From: Candidatus Heimdallarchaeum aukensis
Lineage (GTDB): Archaea; Asgardarchaeota; Heimdallarchaeia; Heimdallarchaeales; Heimdallarchaeaceae
Direction: 5' to 3'
NCBI GenBank assembly: GCA_021513695.1
Contig: CP084166.1
Location: 480,001-544,000 of the forward strand
DNA: 64,000 nucleotides
Notes under the pieces: generated by a model
The model's input: the letters and a program-made list of their open reading frames with translations, nothing else
Database searches by the model: none
Told to the model about the DNA's origin: nothing
In this document: positions 9,379-19,043 of the stretch, piece by piece
Position numbering within the stretch: position 1 is the first letter of the stretch
Layout of the letters: the number at the start of each line of letters is the position of its first letter
Position numbers and translations under genes: made by a program

Positions 9379-12300
9379 AATTGAAGAGATGTATAACGAT
9401 GGAGGAAGAATTTTTGTAGAAGTAGGACCTAAAAAAGCATTGTACAACTTTGTTAAAGATATTTTAGGTGAAAAAGAAGACATTCAAACTTTTCTTACAT
9501 TAAACCCGAAAGTAGGAGAGTTAAAATCTTTTAATGATACTGTCTCTAAATTAAAAATGAGCAAAAGAAGAGAAACCGAAACCCCAGTTCAAACTAAAGA
9601 AAAAATAGTTTACAAAGAATCAGCACTAGATGTTTTACTTAAAAATAAAGAGATTAACAACTTGGTCTCTAAACCCTATTTCCGTGAGTATTTGAAAGAG
9701 AACAGCAATCTTCTTTCATCTATAATGAAACAAGGTTACGAGCAGTTCTCAAAGTACAGAGAATCATTGGTTATTGCTGAAAAAGCTAAATATTGGGATA
9801 TAAACTTTGATCTTATTGGTGTTACTGGTGTTGGAATTGGTCTCCCAGGAAAGAATAGAGCTGTTTTCTCTGATGATAATTTTGATCTTATTCTCAATGG
9901 AACAAATCTTATCGAATCTGTTGAAGATACAATAAAACAAGAAACTTTAGACAAAAACATCGTTAGGTTAGTTAAATCTCCTGATGGTAATGCAACTTTT
10001 GAAGCAATTGACGATATAAGTAAAGTTATTCAACTTGCAGCACAGATAGGAGAATTAAACTTCAAAGAATTAGGTATAGAAGATAAATTGGCTAAAGCTT
10101 TAGACTCCACTTTTATTATGGCTATAGGTGCAGGACTAGAAGCGTTGAAAGATGCTGGTATTCCTCTTGTTGAAAGCAAAATAGTTACTTCAACTGGAAA
10201 AACTTTGAAAGGGAGCTGGACTTTACCAGAATCCTTACAACATGATACTGGAATAGTTTTTGCTTCTGCTTTTCCCGGATATGATAATTTAGTAGATGAA
10301 GTAACAAGACATCTTGTAGCTAAATTTGAAAACAAAACTAATAAAGAGATTGAGGAGATATTTGAGCAATTAATTAATGTTGTATCAAACCCTGAAGCAA
10401 AAGAAGAGATCTCTAACTGGTTCTTGGAGAAACAATCTCTACTGGAAGAAAAAGAAGAAAAGTATACTTTTAGTAGAGAGTTCCTTTACAAAGTTTTGTC
10501 TATGGGGCACTCTCAATTTGCCCAATTTATTAAAGCTAAAGGTCCGAATACTCAAGTCAATGCTGCTTGTGCTTCTACAACCCAAGCAATTGGTGTAGCA
10601 GAAGATTGGATAAGAACTGGAAGATGTAAGAGAGTAATAGTAATAGCTGGAGACAATGCTGCAAGCAAGAATCTGTTACCTTGGATAGGTGGGGGATTCT
10701 TAGCAGCTGGGGGAGTAACCACAAAAGCCGATGTTAAAGAAGCTGCTTTACCTTTTGGAAAAGAAAGACATGGATTAATTATAGGTTCAGCTTCTGCAGG
10801 TCTTGTAATTGAAAGCAGAGAATCCTATGAAGAAAGAGGAGTTAAACCAATAGTAGACCTTGTGGGTACTTATATGGCAAATAGTGCTTATCATGGTTCT
10901 AGATTAGATGTCAACCATATTTCTGAAGAACTTGAAAGCTTTATTGAAAAAGTAGAAAGAAGATATAATATCGACAGGAAAAATATCGCTAAAGAAGGTA
11001 TTTTTGTCTCTCATGAAACTTATACACCTGCAAGAGGAGGAAGTGCAGAAGCAGAAATTCAATCACTTCTTAATGTTTTCAAAGAAGATGCTTATTCTAT
11101 GACCATAATAAACACAAAAGGATTTACAGGTCATTCAATGGGTGCAGGAATAGAAGAAGCTGTAGCTATTAAAGCAATAGAAAAAGGTAAGATTCCTCCA
11201 ATTGCTAACATAGAGAAACTTGACCCTGCCTTTTCTAAATTTAAGTTCTCAAAAGGAGAAAAGAGAAGATTTTCCTTCGCTTTGAGATTAGCAGCTGGAT
11301 TTGGGTCACAATTAGCTTTTGCTCTCTTCAGGTTAAATACTTACGACAACAGATTCTCTGCCCAATACAATGAATGGCTCAAGAGTCTTGGTGGTGGCAA
11401 AGAAGAGTTATTTGTTGAAGGCAGAGTACTTAAACTCAAAACAGATAATAAGAAAAAACAAGCTGATTTAGTTAAGAAACCAGCAGTACAAAAAACTGTT
11501 GAAAAGAAAATTAAAACTGTTACAAAAGCACCTACAGATATTCTTCAAGTTGTAAAAGATATTATTTCTGAAAAAACAGGTTATGAAACAGAAGTCATTG
11601 AAGAAAATATGCATTTAGAAGAAGATCTTGGGATTGACAGTATTAAAGCAGCAGAAATAATGAACGATATTAGCGATAAATGGTCAATACCTCAAGAAAA
11701 ACTCTTCGAACAATTTGATATCGATACACCAGGAAAAATTGCAAAGTTCATTTCTGAAAACACAAGCGCTCCTGAAGAGACAAGTTATTCAGTTGAAACA
11801 ACTGTAGCAAAAGAGGAAGTAAAAAGAGCAGAAACTTCTAGTGTTTCAACAGGAGATATTTTAGTGCGAATTAAAGAAGTAATTGGAAAACACACAGGTT
11901 ATGACATTCAAGATCTAGATGAAAACTATGACCTAGAAGAAGATCTGGGAATAGATACAGTAAAACAAGCAGAAATTTTTGGAGATTTAAGAGATTTATT
12001 CGGATTGGATTTAGATGAGACTTATGCTTTAGCAGATTATCGAACAATAGCTGACATTGCCCAAGCAATATCTACAGAGAAACCAGTGGAAAAGGTTAAA
12101 CAAGTGGAAACTGAAGAAAGCGGAGAGATTAGAACAGCACAACAACCAACAATCATATCTGAAGCTGAAAGTTCAATTTCCAGAGAAGAAGTTACAAAAG
12201 AAGTGCTTTCAATTATCTCAGAAATTACAGGATACGATACAGAAGATATAGAAATAGAGATGGATCTAGAGGAAGATTTGGGTGTTGATAGTATCAAGAT

Positions 12301-15300
12301 TGCTGAAATTCTAAGCTCTTTGGGAAGTAAGTTCGACCTTGAATTTGATGAGATGTCTGATCTTTCAGGAATTAGAAATACAGAAGATATAGTGGAAGCA
12401 GTGATAAAAATTAAGCAATCCATTGAACAAACTCAAACCCCAACCAAAACAGAAGAACAATTAGCTGTAAGTCAAAAACTTAAAGTTGAACAAGAAGAAG
12501 AAATAGTTATTCGTAGTGTAGAACCTGTTCTAAAGCCTTTAGAACAAAGTGAAGTAAATAAATTTAATCTAGAAGATAAAAATCTCTTACTTCTAGATAT
12601 TCATTCAAAAGAAGCCAAATATATCTATTCTTTACTTGAACAGAAGAAGGCTAAAATTGAGCTTGTTAGGATTAATTCTGAAGACTCAGAAAAACCAAAT
12701 AATAATAAATATGACTTAATCTTAATCTTATTACCAGATGATCACAATTCTGCAAATGATACTAAATACTTTGAGCAACTATTTCTTACCCTACAACAGC
12801 TAGAGTACAATCATAATACTAAGATTGTTTCTTACTCTGTTGAAGACTATTTAGACTCTAAAAAGGAGATAATTCCTTTAAGTGGAGGTATATCCGCTTT
12901 TGTTAAGACTATTGGTCAAGAATTTGAACTAGACATTAAACATGTTTATTCCACAAAACCTGAAGAACTAGTTACAGAGTTGGAAAATTGGGATAAAAAC
13001 CTTGAAGTTATTTATTCAGAGGGTAAAAGATACATTTTCAGTCACATGAGAAAAATACCTCTAGAACAATTACAAAAAGAAAAAATCGAACTTACAGAAG
13101 ATGATCTTATACTTGTTACTGGAGGAGCAAGAGGTATCACTTATGAATGTATTAAAGAACTTACAAAAGATGCTAAACCTTCAATTGCTATCGTTGGTAG
13201 AACTAAACTTCCAGAAGATGTATCTGAATTGCTCTTCTTAACCGACAAAGAAATAGCAAACAAAAAAGAAGAGATAAAAGAAAAACTTGCTCAAGAAAAT
13301 GAAAAAGTTACTCCAGTGATGATAGAAAAAGCTTGGAAACGCTTCCTAAACACTGTTGAAATTGCAAAGAATATTCTCTATTTAATTGAAAATGAAGTGA
13401 ATGCTAACTATTATTCTGCAGATGTTTCAGATGAAGAACAAATGAAAAGTGTTTTGAGTCAAATTGAAGAAGATTTCGAAAAAACTATAACTCTTATTGT
13501 ACATGGTGCGGGAATAGAAGAATCTAAAGCTTTCAAGAAAAAGAAACTAGAAATGGCAAAGAAAATAGTACAAGTAAAGATTTCAGGGTTATACAATATT
13601 CTAAATAATATAGATCAATCTAATTTGAAGAAGATCATCTGCTTTAGCTCAATTGCAGGAAGATTTGGTAATAGAGGACAAGTGGATTATGCTTTTGCAA
13701 ATGGTTATCTAGCTAGAACATGCTGGAAGTTTAAACAACAAGGAATTAACGCTCTAGCTATAGATTGGTCAGCTTGGGCAGATATAGGCATGGCAACACA
13801 AGGTTCTATTCTTAAAGTGCTGAAAGCTGCAGGAATAACTCCCATTCCATTAAAAGAAGGAATAAGAATATTTTCTGAACTAACCAATTACAATGTAGAA
13901 CAAAGTGAATTAATAGTTGCAGGAAAACTTGGACTTCTTCTAAAAGAAATAGAAGATAAAAAAACAAGTGGTCAACACGATACTAGTATGAACACAGAGA
14001 GTTATCCAATGATTGATGAAATTAGAAAAACAGACAACGGTTTTATTGCTTCAAAGACACTAAAATATGATTATGACTTATACATGAGAGATCATCAAAT
14101 CCAAGGATTGCCAATATTTCCTGCAGTAATGGGATTAGAATTCTTCGCTGAGATGTTCAAACTTACAACAGAAAAAGATGTTTACGCAATAGCAGAAGTA
14201 TCGTTTAGAGAAGCAATTAAACAGTTTAAGAACAAAAATGTTGAACTTCAATGTTCATTTGATACAGAAAGAGGGGATATGGAAATTAAAACAATCTTTA
14301 CAGACATTAAAGGAGTTCAAAAAGAAAAGAAACACTTCTTCTGTAAGTCTGTAAAAGATACGACAGAAAAAAGCTATAAGAAAAAGAAGATAGAAAAAAG
14401 AGTGATACCACTACTTTCCAAAGAAGTGATCTATCAGCTTTTCTTCCATGGTCCAAGTTTTCAAGTTTTGGAGAATTTGAATGAGATAAAAGGAAATATC
14501 ATCTCCACTAATGTCCAGATTCCAAATCTGCCTTTATTCAAAGATGAAGAATTGAAAACTATTCTCGTTCCTCGAGCAATAGAAGCGGCTTTACAGACAG
14601 CAGGGTTGTATGACATGTTCATTAACAATGTTGTTTCATTGCCATCAAAAATAAAAAACTTGGAAGTATACAAGGAAACAGAAGCTGTTTTTGCTGAAGC
14701 TGAATTCCTAAAGATAGAGGAAAGACATAGTTTCTTCAATGTAAAGATTTACGATGCTGAAGGAGAAGTAATAATGGTTTTAGAACAACTAGGAATGATA
14801 CATACTTCTATGCCCATAAATTTGGACGAAAAAGGAAAGAAACTCTTCCAGATGATTAAAGGATATCATGAAATAAGAACAAAAGTAGATGACGAAAAAG
14901 TAGCTGTTTTACCTATTCACAAAGTAGTAGAAGAATACAGAAAAAATAGACAAGAACTAGAAAATAAACTAGTTGCTTACGAAAAAACAAGATTTACTAA
15001 AATATCCAACGAAAAAAGAAAAATGGAATATTTAGCGGGAGTAATCCTTGCTAAAGAACTTTTTTCCAAATATGAAAACATTACCGATTTCAGAAGTATA
15101 GAAATAAAAAAGAAGAGTAAGGGGCAACCTTACTTTTTCAACAGACAACTAAAAGAAGAAACGGATTGGTATGTTTCTATTAGTCATTCAAATGATTTCG
15201 CTGTAGTCTCTATTGAGAAACAACCAGTAGGAATAGACATAGAAAAAGTAGAAGAAAGAAGTAAAAGTTTCTATGGCGAAGTTTTTTCAGATTATGAATT

Positions 15301-15538
15301 ATCAAAAATTGCTGATGACCATACTTTAGGAACAAAATATTGGACTGCTAAAGAGTCATTAACTAAAGCATTAGGAGAAGGATTACATATTAAACTAAAA
15401 GAAATTGAGTTTGGTTACAACGATGGCAAATTTGATCTAAAAAAATATCCTTCTTCTCTAAAACAAGATCAATTGCAGACTTCTATTGAATCTATTGAAG
15501 CAGCAGGTTATGTTGTTTCTAAATGTGTAATAAAATAA
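7577..15538 (+). CDS. PKS/FAS-like megasynthase, 3' segment: duplicated partial KS - AT - second KS - three tandem ACPs - ketoreductase - dehydratase - C-terminal Sfp/EntD-type 4'-phosphopantetheinyl transferase domain.
   Basis: TTG start inside the repeated KS. AT copy at 8583-9440. KS2 (about 9780-11350): IGVTGVGIGLPG, NAACASTTQAIG, SHETYTPARGG, GHSMGAGIEEA...IPP. ACPs: LEEDLGIDSIKAAEIM (about 11620), LEEDLGIDTVKQAEIF (about 11935), LEEDLGVDSIKIAEIL (about 12265). KR: LVTGGARGITYE (about 13110) and YAFANGY. DH hot-dog: HQIQGLPIFPAVMGLEF (about 14090). PPTase: ...VSISHSNDFAVVSIEKQPVGIDIEKVEE...WTAKESLTKALGEG (15000-15538). Confidence 0.8.
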   Translation: MSDEEVEKFVSSFKKEYLSKYAEITEDTMPGELSNVVAGRIANIFNLSGKSMTTDAACASSLAALDIAVKSLLNNDFDTILVGGADRSMDVSSYVKFSKIGALSATGSRPFDSKADGFVMGEGCGFLVLKKLKKAIEDNDKIYAIIDSVGSSSDGKGKGITAPNPLGQKEAIERALEQAKVSPSEIDLIEAHGTSTIVGDKTEVQVLNEIFTEKQKERKRKIALGSIKSQIGHLKSAAGIASVIKVALALDKKILPPTINVQELNPAIDWNNSNLFVNLDAQPWEKVDNSIRRAGVSAFGFGGTNYHTILEEYIPEAQYIEKEKQPIVELKEQKEEVCFLYTGQGSQYLGMIKELYDNYPTVRKTIDEASVIAKESLNADLREIIFGSPQLSKVENEERLRQTEYTQPSLFVVEVALTRLLKEKGIEPTRVAGHSLGEYTALVAAGVFSFEDGLKAVIERGKAMAKASKSIPGAMAAILTSQEKVKEIIEKVNEGYITVANYNSLNQTVISGEEKAVNKAIELFSARKIKAIKLNVSTAFHSIIVKDAEIEMERVLNSLTYNKPSIPVYSNVTGSLYPDKPSKIKELLINQLCNSVQWVKIIEEMYNDGGRIFVEVGPKKALYNFVKDILGEKEDIQTFLTLNPKVGELKSFNDTVSKLKMSKRRETETPVQTKEKIVYKESALDVLLKNKEINNLVSKPYFREYLKENSNLLSSIMKQGYEQFSKYRESLVIAEKAKYWDINFDLIGVTGVGIGLPGKNRAVFSDDNFDLILNGTNLIESVEDTIKQETLDKNIVRLVKSPDGNATFEAIDDISKVIQLAAQIGELNFKELGIEDKLAKALDSTFIMAIGAGLEALKDAGIPLVESKIVTSTGKTLKGSWTLPESLQHDTGIVFASAFPGYDNLVDEVTRHLVAKFENKTNKEIEEIFEQLINVVSNPEAKEEISNWFLEKQSLLEEKEEKYTFSREFLYKVLSMGHSQFAQFIKAKGPNTQVNAACASTTQAIGVAEDWIRTGRCKRVIVIAGDNAASKNLLPWIGGGFLAAGGVTTKADVKEAALPFGKERHGLIIGSASAGLVIESRESYEERGVKPIVDLVGTYMANSAYHGSRLDVNHISEELESFIEKVERRYNIDRKNIAKEGIFVSHETYTPARGGSAEAEIQSLLNVFKEDAYSMTIINTKGFTGHSMGAGIEEAVAIKAIEKGKIPPIANIEKLDPAFSKFKFSKGEKRRFSFALRLAAGFGSQLAFALFRLNTYDNRFSAQYNEWLKSLGGGKEELFVEGRVLKLKTDNKKKQADLVKKPAVQKTVEKKIKTVTKAPTDILQVVKDIISEKTGYETEVIEENMHLEEDLGIDSIKAAEIMNDISDKWSIPQEKLFEQFDIDTPGKIAKFISENTSAPEETSYSVETTVAKEEVKRAETSSVSTGDILVRIKEVIGKHTGYDIQDLDENYDLEEDLGIDTVKQAEIFGDLRDLFGLDLDETYALADYRTIADIAQAISTEKPVEKVKQVETEESGEIRTAQQPTIISEAESSISREEVTKEVLSIISEITGYDTEDIEIEMDLEEDLGVDSIKIAEILSSLGSKFDLEFDEMSDLSGIRNTEDIVEAVIKIKQSIEQTQTPTKTEEQLAVSQKLKVEQEEEIVIRSVEPVLKPLEQSEVNKFNLEDKNLLLLDIHSKEAKYIYSLLEQKKAKIELVRINSEDSEKPNNNKYDLILILLPDDHNSANDTKYFEQLFLTLQQLEYNHNTKIVSYSVEDYLDSKKEIIPLSGGISAFVKTIGQEFELDIKHVYSTKPEELVTELENWDKNLEVIYSEGKRYIFSHMRKIPLEQLQKEKIELTEDDLILVTGGARGITYECIKELTKDAKPSIAIVGRTKLPEDVSELLFLTDKEIANKKEEIKEKLAQENEKVTPVMIEKAWKRFLNTVEIAKNILYLIENEVNANYYSADVSDEEQMKSVLSQIEEDFEKTITLIVHGAGIEESKAFKKKKLEMAKKIVQVKISGLYNILNNIDQSNLKKIICFSSIAGRFGNRGQVDYAFANGYLARTCWKFKQQGINALAIDWSAWADIGMATQGSILKVLKAAGITPIPLKEGIRIFSELTNYNVEQSELIVAGKLGLLLKEIEDKKTSGQHDTSMNTESYPMIDEIRKTDNGFIASKTLKYDYDLYMRDHQIQGLPIFPAVMGLEFFAEMFKLTTEKDVYAIAEVSFREAIKQFKNKNVELQCSFDTERGDMEIKTIFTDIKGVQKEKKHFFCKSVKDTTEKSYKKKKIEKRVIPLLSKEVIYQLFFHGPSFQVLENLNEIKGNIISTNVQIPNLPLFKDEELKTILVPRAIEAALQTAGLYDMFINNVVSLPSKIKNLEVYKETEAVFAEAEFLKIEERHSFFNVKIYDAEGEVIMVLEQLGMIHTSMPINLDEKGKKLFQMIKGYHEIRTKVDDEKVAVLPIHKVVEEYRKNRQELENKLVAYEKTRFTKISNEKRKMEYLAGVILAKELFSKYENITDFRSIEIKKKSKGQPYFFNRQLKEETDWYVSISHSNDFAVVSIEKQPVGIDIEKVEERSKSFYGEVFSDYELSKIADDHTLGTKYWTAKESLTKALGEGLHIKLKEIEFGYNDGKFDLKKYPSSLKQDQLQTSIESIEAAGYVVSKCVIK

Positions 15539-15572
15539 TATGGAGATTAAAAAAAAAAAAAGGTGATAATAT

Positions 15573-16334
15573 ATGTTACAACTGAATTATGATATAAAAT
15601 TTAGAAAGGATTTCATTCATGGAATTCTTTATTTGCCGGATGAAGAGGGGCAGTTCCCTTTAGTTATAAGATTGAACGGTTTTCCGGGCAATTCTCCAGA
15701 AAAAGAAGAACAAAGATTAGCAGATATTATCACCCAGAATAATATGGCTTTTTATGCCTTTGACTATGTAGGAGTAAGAAAAAGTACAGGGACATTTAAT
15801 TATTATACGAGTTTGGAAAACATAAATACTGTTATAACAGATTTATCACATCATCCTCGAATTAATCCTGCAAAGATTGCTCTTCTTGGAGAAAGCTTCG
15901 GAGGAGCAATGGCAATAAGCCAAGGAGTAAGAGACCAAAGAATAAAATGTATTGTTTTAAGGTCTCCTGTATATGATACTGAAGTTATTCCTCAAATACC
16001 GTCTTTTAATACTTTAGTTAAAATATGGTCCAGAAACAATCAAATACGTTTCCCTAAAGGAGACATAAGTGAATTATACTACAAACAAACTAATCTTTAC
16101 AATCCTAAAAAAATAGCAAATTTAGTTAATTGCCCCGTAAAATTGATTGCAGGAGATAAAGATGAGTTGTTGGAAGTTAAGGGTTTTAGAGAACTTTACA
16201 AATGTTTACCACGGAAACTAAGAAAAGGAATTGATATCATTAAAGGAGCAGATCATAACTTTACTAAACAAAAACAGTTTATAGAATTAAAGAGTGAACT
16301 TTCCAGCTTTTTGACTTGTTGCCTTTTAGGGTAA
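15573..16334 (+). CDS. Alpha/beta-fold hydrolase (dienelactone hydrolase/esterase-like); candidate thioesterase for the megasynthase.
   Basis: 253 aa. GxSxG nucleophile elbow LLGESFGGAMA, a later Asp (AGDKDE) and His (GADHNF). The start sits 35 nt after the megasynthase stop. Confidence 0.55.
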   Translation: MLQLNYDIKFRKDFIHGILYLPDEEGQFPLVIRLNGFPGNSPEKEEQRLADIITQNNMAFYAFDYVGVRKSTGTFNYYTSLENINTVITDLSHHPRINPAKIALLGESFGGAMAISQGVRDQRIKCIVLRSPVYDTEVIPQIPSFNTLVKIWSRNNQIRFPKGDISELYYKQTNLYNPKKIANLVNCPVKLIAGDKDELLEVKGFRELYKCLPRKLRKGIDIIKGADHNFTKQKQFIELKSELSSFLTCCLLG

Positions 16335-16346
16335 ATAACTTATGGA

Positions 16347-16838
16347 GTGCAAAAGATGAAGAAAAAAATAATCTACAACAATGAAGAATACATAATAGAA
16401 GCTAAAGGAGAAGACGAGATAGTAGTGAATAATAAGACTTTCAAAGTTAACTTAAAAGAGAAAAACAAGAATTTTTTCAATATAGAAATTCAAGGAAAGA
16501 AGTTTATTATAGAAGTAAGAGAAGGAGAATTCTATTTAGACGGAGAGAAAATAGAAAAATTATCAATTAGCCCCTATTTTCCACAATTAAAGAAACAAAA
16601 ACAAATGATTAACTCTCAAAAAGAAGTAGTAAAAGCACCTATACCAGGAACTATAACTCAAATACTAGTTAAAGAAGGAGATACAGTAAAAAAAGACCAA
16701 GAATTATTTATCCTTGAAGCGATGAAAATGAGAAATAGAATCTTAACAACCATTGACAAAGGTGTAGTAAAAAAAATCTACGTTAGCGAGAATGAAACTG
16801 TATCTCAAGATCAAAAACTAGCTATAATTGAAAATTAA
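16347..16838 (+). CDS. accB: Biotin carboxyl carrier protein (BCCP, biotinyl/lipoyl domain).
   Basis: C-terminal biotinyl domain with EAMKM (the biotinylated Lys in FILEAMKMRNRI). 163 aa. Confidence 0.75.
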   Translation: MQKMKKKIIYNNEEYIIEAKGEDEIVVNNKTFKVNLKEKNKNFFNIEIQGKKFIIEVREGEFYLDGEKIEKLSISPYFPQLKKQKQMINSQKEVVKAPIPGTITQILVKEGDTVKKDQELFILEAMKMRNRILTTIDKGVVKKIYVSENETVSQDQKLAIIEN

Positions 16839-17073
16839 ATAAAAAAATAACAAAACAAATTTATTGCAAAAATAATTTAAAATTCGCACAAATATTTGGA
16901 TACTTCTTCTTTTTTAAATTCAAATTTTATCAAAAACTTGAAAAGAATGCTAAATAGTCTATTTTTTAAATAAATAGGAAACAAAAAAAGTTTAGACTAA
17001 GTGGTTAGTTTTTGAAGTATAAATGAGGAGAAATAGGAACTGTATAATTTAAAGAAGAATAAAAAAAATAGGA

Positions 17074-17661
17074 CTAATCAACCATAAGTTTGGGAAATTT
17101 TGAAAGTTCCATTAATTTCATGAATTTTTTTCCTTTCTTAAAAATAGTATCTATACATTCAATTATTATATCCAAAAGCTCTTCTACTTTTTCTTTTTTT
17201 ACAGGTTTTAGTCCATGAGCAAGTATTGATTCATTTCTCTCTTTTAAAAGGTCTTTCATTTTGTTGGATGAAGAAAACATTTTCCCAAGATCATCATTCA
17301 AATCGTCTAAAACTAGATAACAATCATATAATCCCAACTTTACTTTTGAACCATTACTTTTTCTTTCTTTGAAATAACTTATACGTTGAGAAGAAACTCC
17401 TAACTTTTCTAATTGCTCTAAGGATATGTCATGGGGAGGTAAATTGTAGGCACTCTTTAATCTATACTGTGCCATAAGTTCTACAGCTCTGTAGAGCCTA
17501 GCCATTGCATCATCAAACTTTTCTTCTTTTAATCGACGTTTTGCGTTATTTAATAAATCTGCAAGAAAATAAAGGTCTTTCTCTATTTTTTTATCACTTT
17601 TATGTAACAAGTCGCACAAAAATTCTTTATTAAAACTATATTCTTTGCCAAGCTGTTTCAT
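17074..17661 (-). pseudogene. Duplicated 3' fragment of csx1 (HEPN half only) created by the 2.7-kb tandem duplication.
   Basis: Identical to the C-terminal 195 aa of the 409-aa Csx1 at 19770-20999. Lacks the CARF domain. The upstream frame is replaced by the repeat junction. Confidence 0.55.
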
Positions 17662-17679
17662 TTTATCAAAAGCTTCTTT

Positions 17680-18234
17680 ATGGTTAAATCTACTAAAATA
17701 TCCAACGAAAAAAGAAAAATGGAATATTTAGCGGGAGTAATCCTTGCTAAAGAACTTTTTTCCAAATATGAAAACATTACCGATTTCAGAAGTATAGAAA
17801 TAAAAAAGAAGAGTAAGGGGCAACCTTACTTTTTCAACAGACAACTAAAAGAAGAAACGGATTGGTATGTTTCTATTAGTCATTCAAATGATTTCGCTGT
17901 AGTCTCTATTGAGAAACAACCAGTAGGAATAGACATAGAAAAAGTAGAAGAAAGAAGTAAAAGTTTCTATGGCGAAGTTTTTTCAGATTATGAATTATCA
18001 AAAATTGCTGATGACCATACTTTAGGAACAAAATATTGGACTGCTAAAGAGTCATTAACTAAAGCATTAGGAGAAGGATTACATATTAAACTAAAAGAAA
18101 TTGAGTTTGGTTACAACGATGGCAAATTTGATCTAAAAAAATATCCTTCTTCTCTAAAACAAGATCAATTGCAGACTTCTATTGAATCTATTGAAGCAGC
18201 AGGTTATGTTGTTTCTAAATGTGTAATAAAATAA
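17680..18234 (+). pseudogene. Duplicated stand-alone copy of the megasynthase C-terminal PPTase domain.
   Basis: Identical to the last 184 aa of ORF 7577-15538 (GIDIEKVEE, WTAKESLTKALGEG). Begins at the repeat junction with a TTG/GTG-type start. Expression is uncertain. Confidence 0.45.
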
Positions 18235-18269
18235 TATGGAGATTAAAAATAAAAAAAAGGTGATAATAT

Positions 18270-19031
18270 ATGTTACAACTGAATTATGATATAAAATTTA
18301 GAAAGGATTTCATTCATGGAATTCTTTATTTGCCGGATGAAGAGGGGCAGTTCCCTTTAGTTATAAGATTGAACGGTTTTCCGGGCAATTCTCCAGAAAA
18401 AGAAGAACAAAGATTAGCAGATATTATCACCCAGAATAATATGGCTTTTTATGCCTTTGACTATGTAGGAGTAAGAAAAAGTACAGGGACATTTAATTAT
18501 TATACGAGTTTGGAAAACATAAATACTGTTATAACAGATTTATCACATCATCCTCGAATTAATCCTGCAAAGATTGCTCTTCTTGGAGAAAGCTTCGGAG
18601 GAGCAATGGCAATAAGCCAAGGAGTAAGAGACCAAAGAATAAAATGTATTGTTTTAAGGTCTCCTGTATATGATACTGAAGTTATTCCTCAAATACCGTC
18701 TTTTAATACTTTAGTTAAAATATGGTCCAGAAACAATCAAATACGTTTCCCTAAAGGAGACATAAGTGAATTATACTACAAACAAACTAATCTTTACAAT
18801 CCTAAAAAAATAGCAAATTTAGTTAATTGCCCCGTAAAATTGATTGCAGGAGATAAAGATGAGTTGTTGGAAGTTAAGGGTTTTAGAGAACTTTACAAAT
18901 GTTTACCACGGAAACTAAGAAAAGGAATTGATATCATTAAAGGAGCAGATCATAACTTTACTAAACAAAAACAGTTTATAGAATTAAAGAGTGAACTTTC
19001 CAGCTTTTTGACTTGTTGCCTTTTAGGGTAA
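18270..19031 (+). CDS. Alpha/beta hydrolase, second identical copy.
   Basis: 100% identical protein to 15573-16334. Confidence 0.55.
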   Translation: MLQLNYDIKFRKDFIHGILYLPDEEGQFPLVIRLNGFPGNSPEKEEQRLADIITQNNMAFYAFDYVGVRKSTGTFNYYTSLENINTVITDLSHHPRINPAKIALLGESFGGAMAISQGVRDQRIKCIVLRSPVYDTEVIPQIPSFNTLVKIWSRNNQIRFPKGDISELYYKQTNLYNPKKIANLVNCPVKLIAGDKDELLEVKGFRELYKCLPRKLRKGIDIIKGADHNFTKQKQFIELKSELSSFLTCCLLG

Positions 19032-19043
19032 ATAACTTATGGA

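Noticed and set aside
15549-15561. A13 homopolymer (and its A5-T-A8 counterpart at 18245-18258) upstream of the hydrolase gene.
   Set aside because: It sits just upstream of the RBS-like AGGTGATAAT and is most simply a spacer or slippage-prone tract, not a discrete feature. It is noted only as a difference between the repeat copies.
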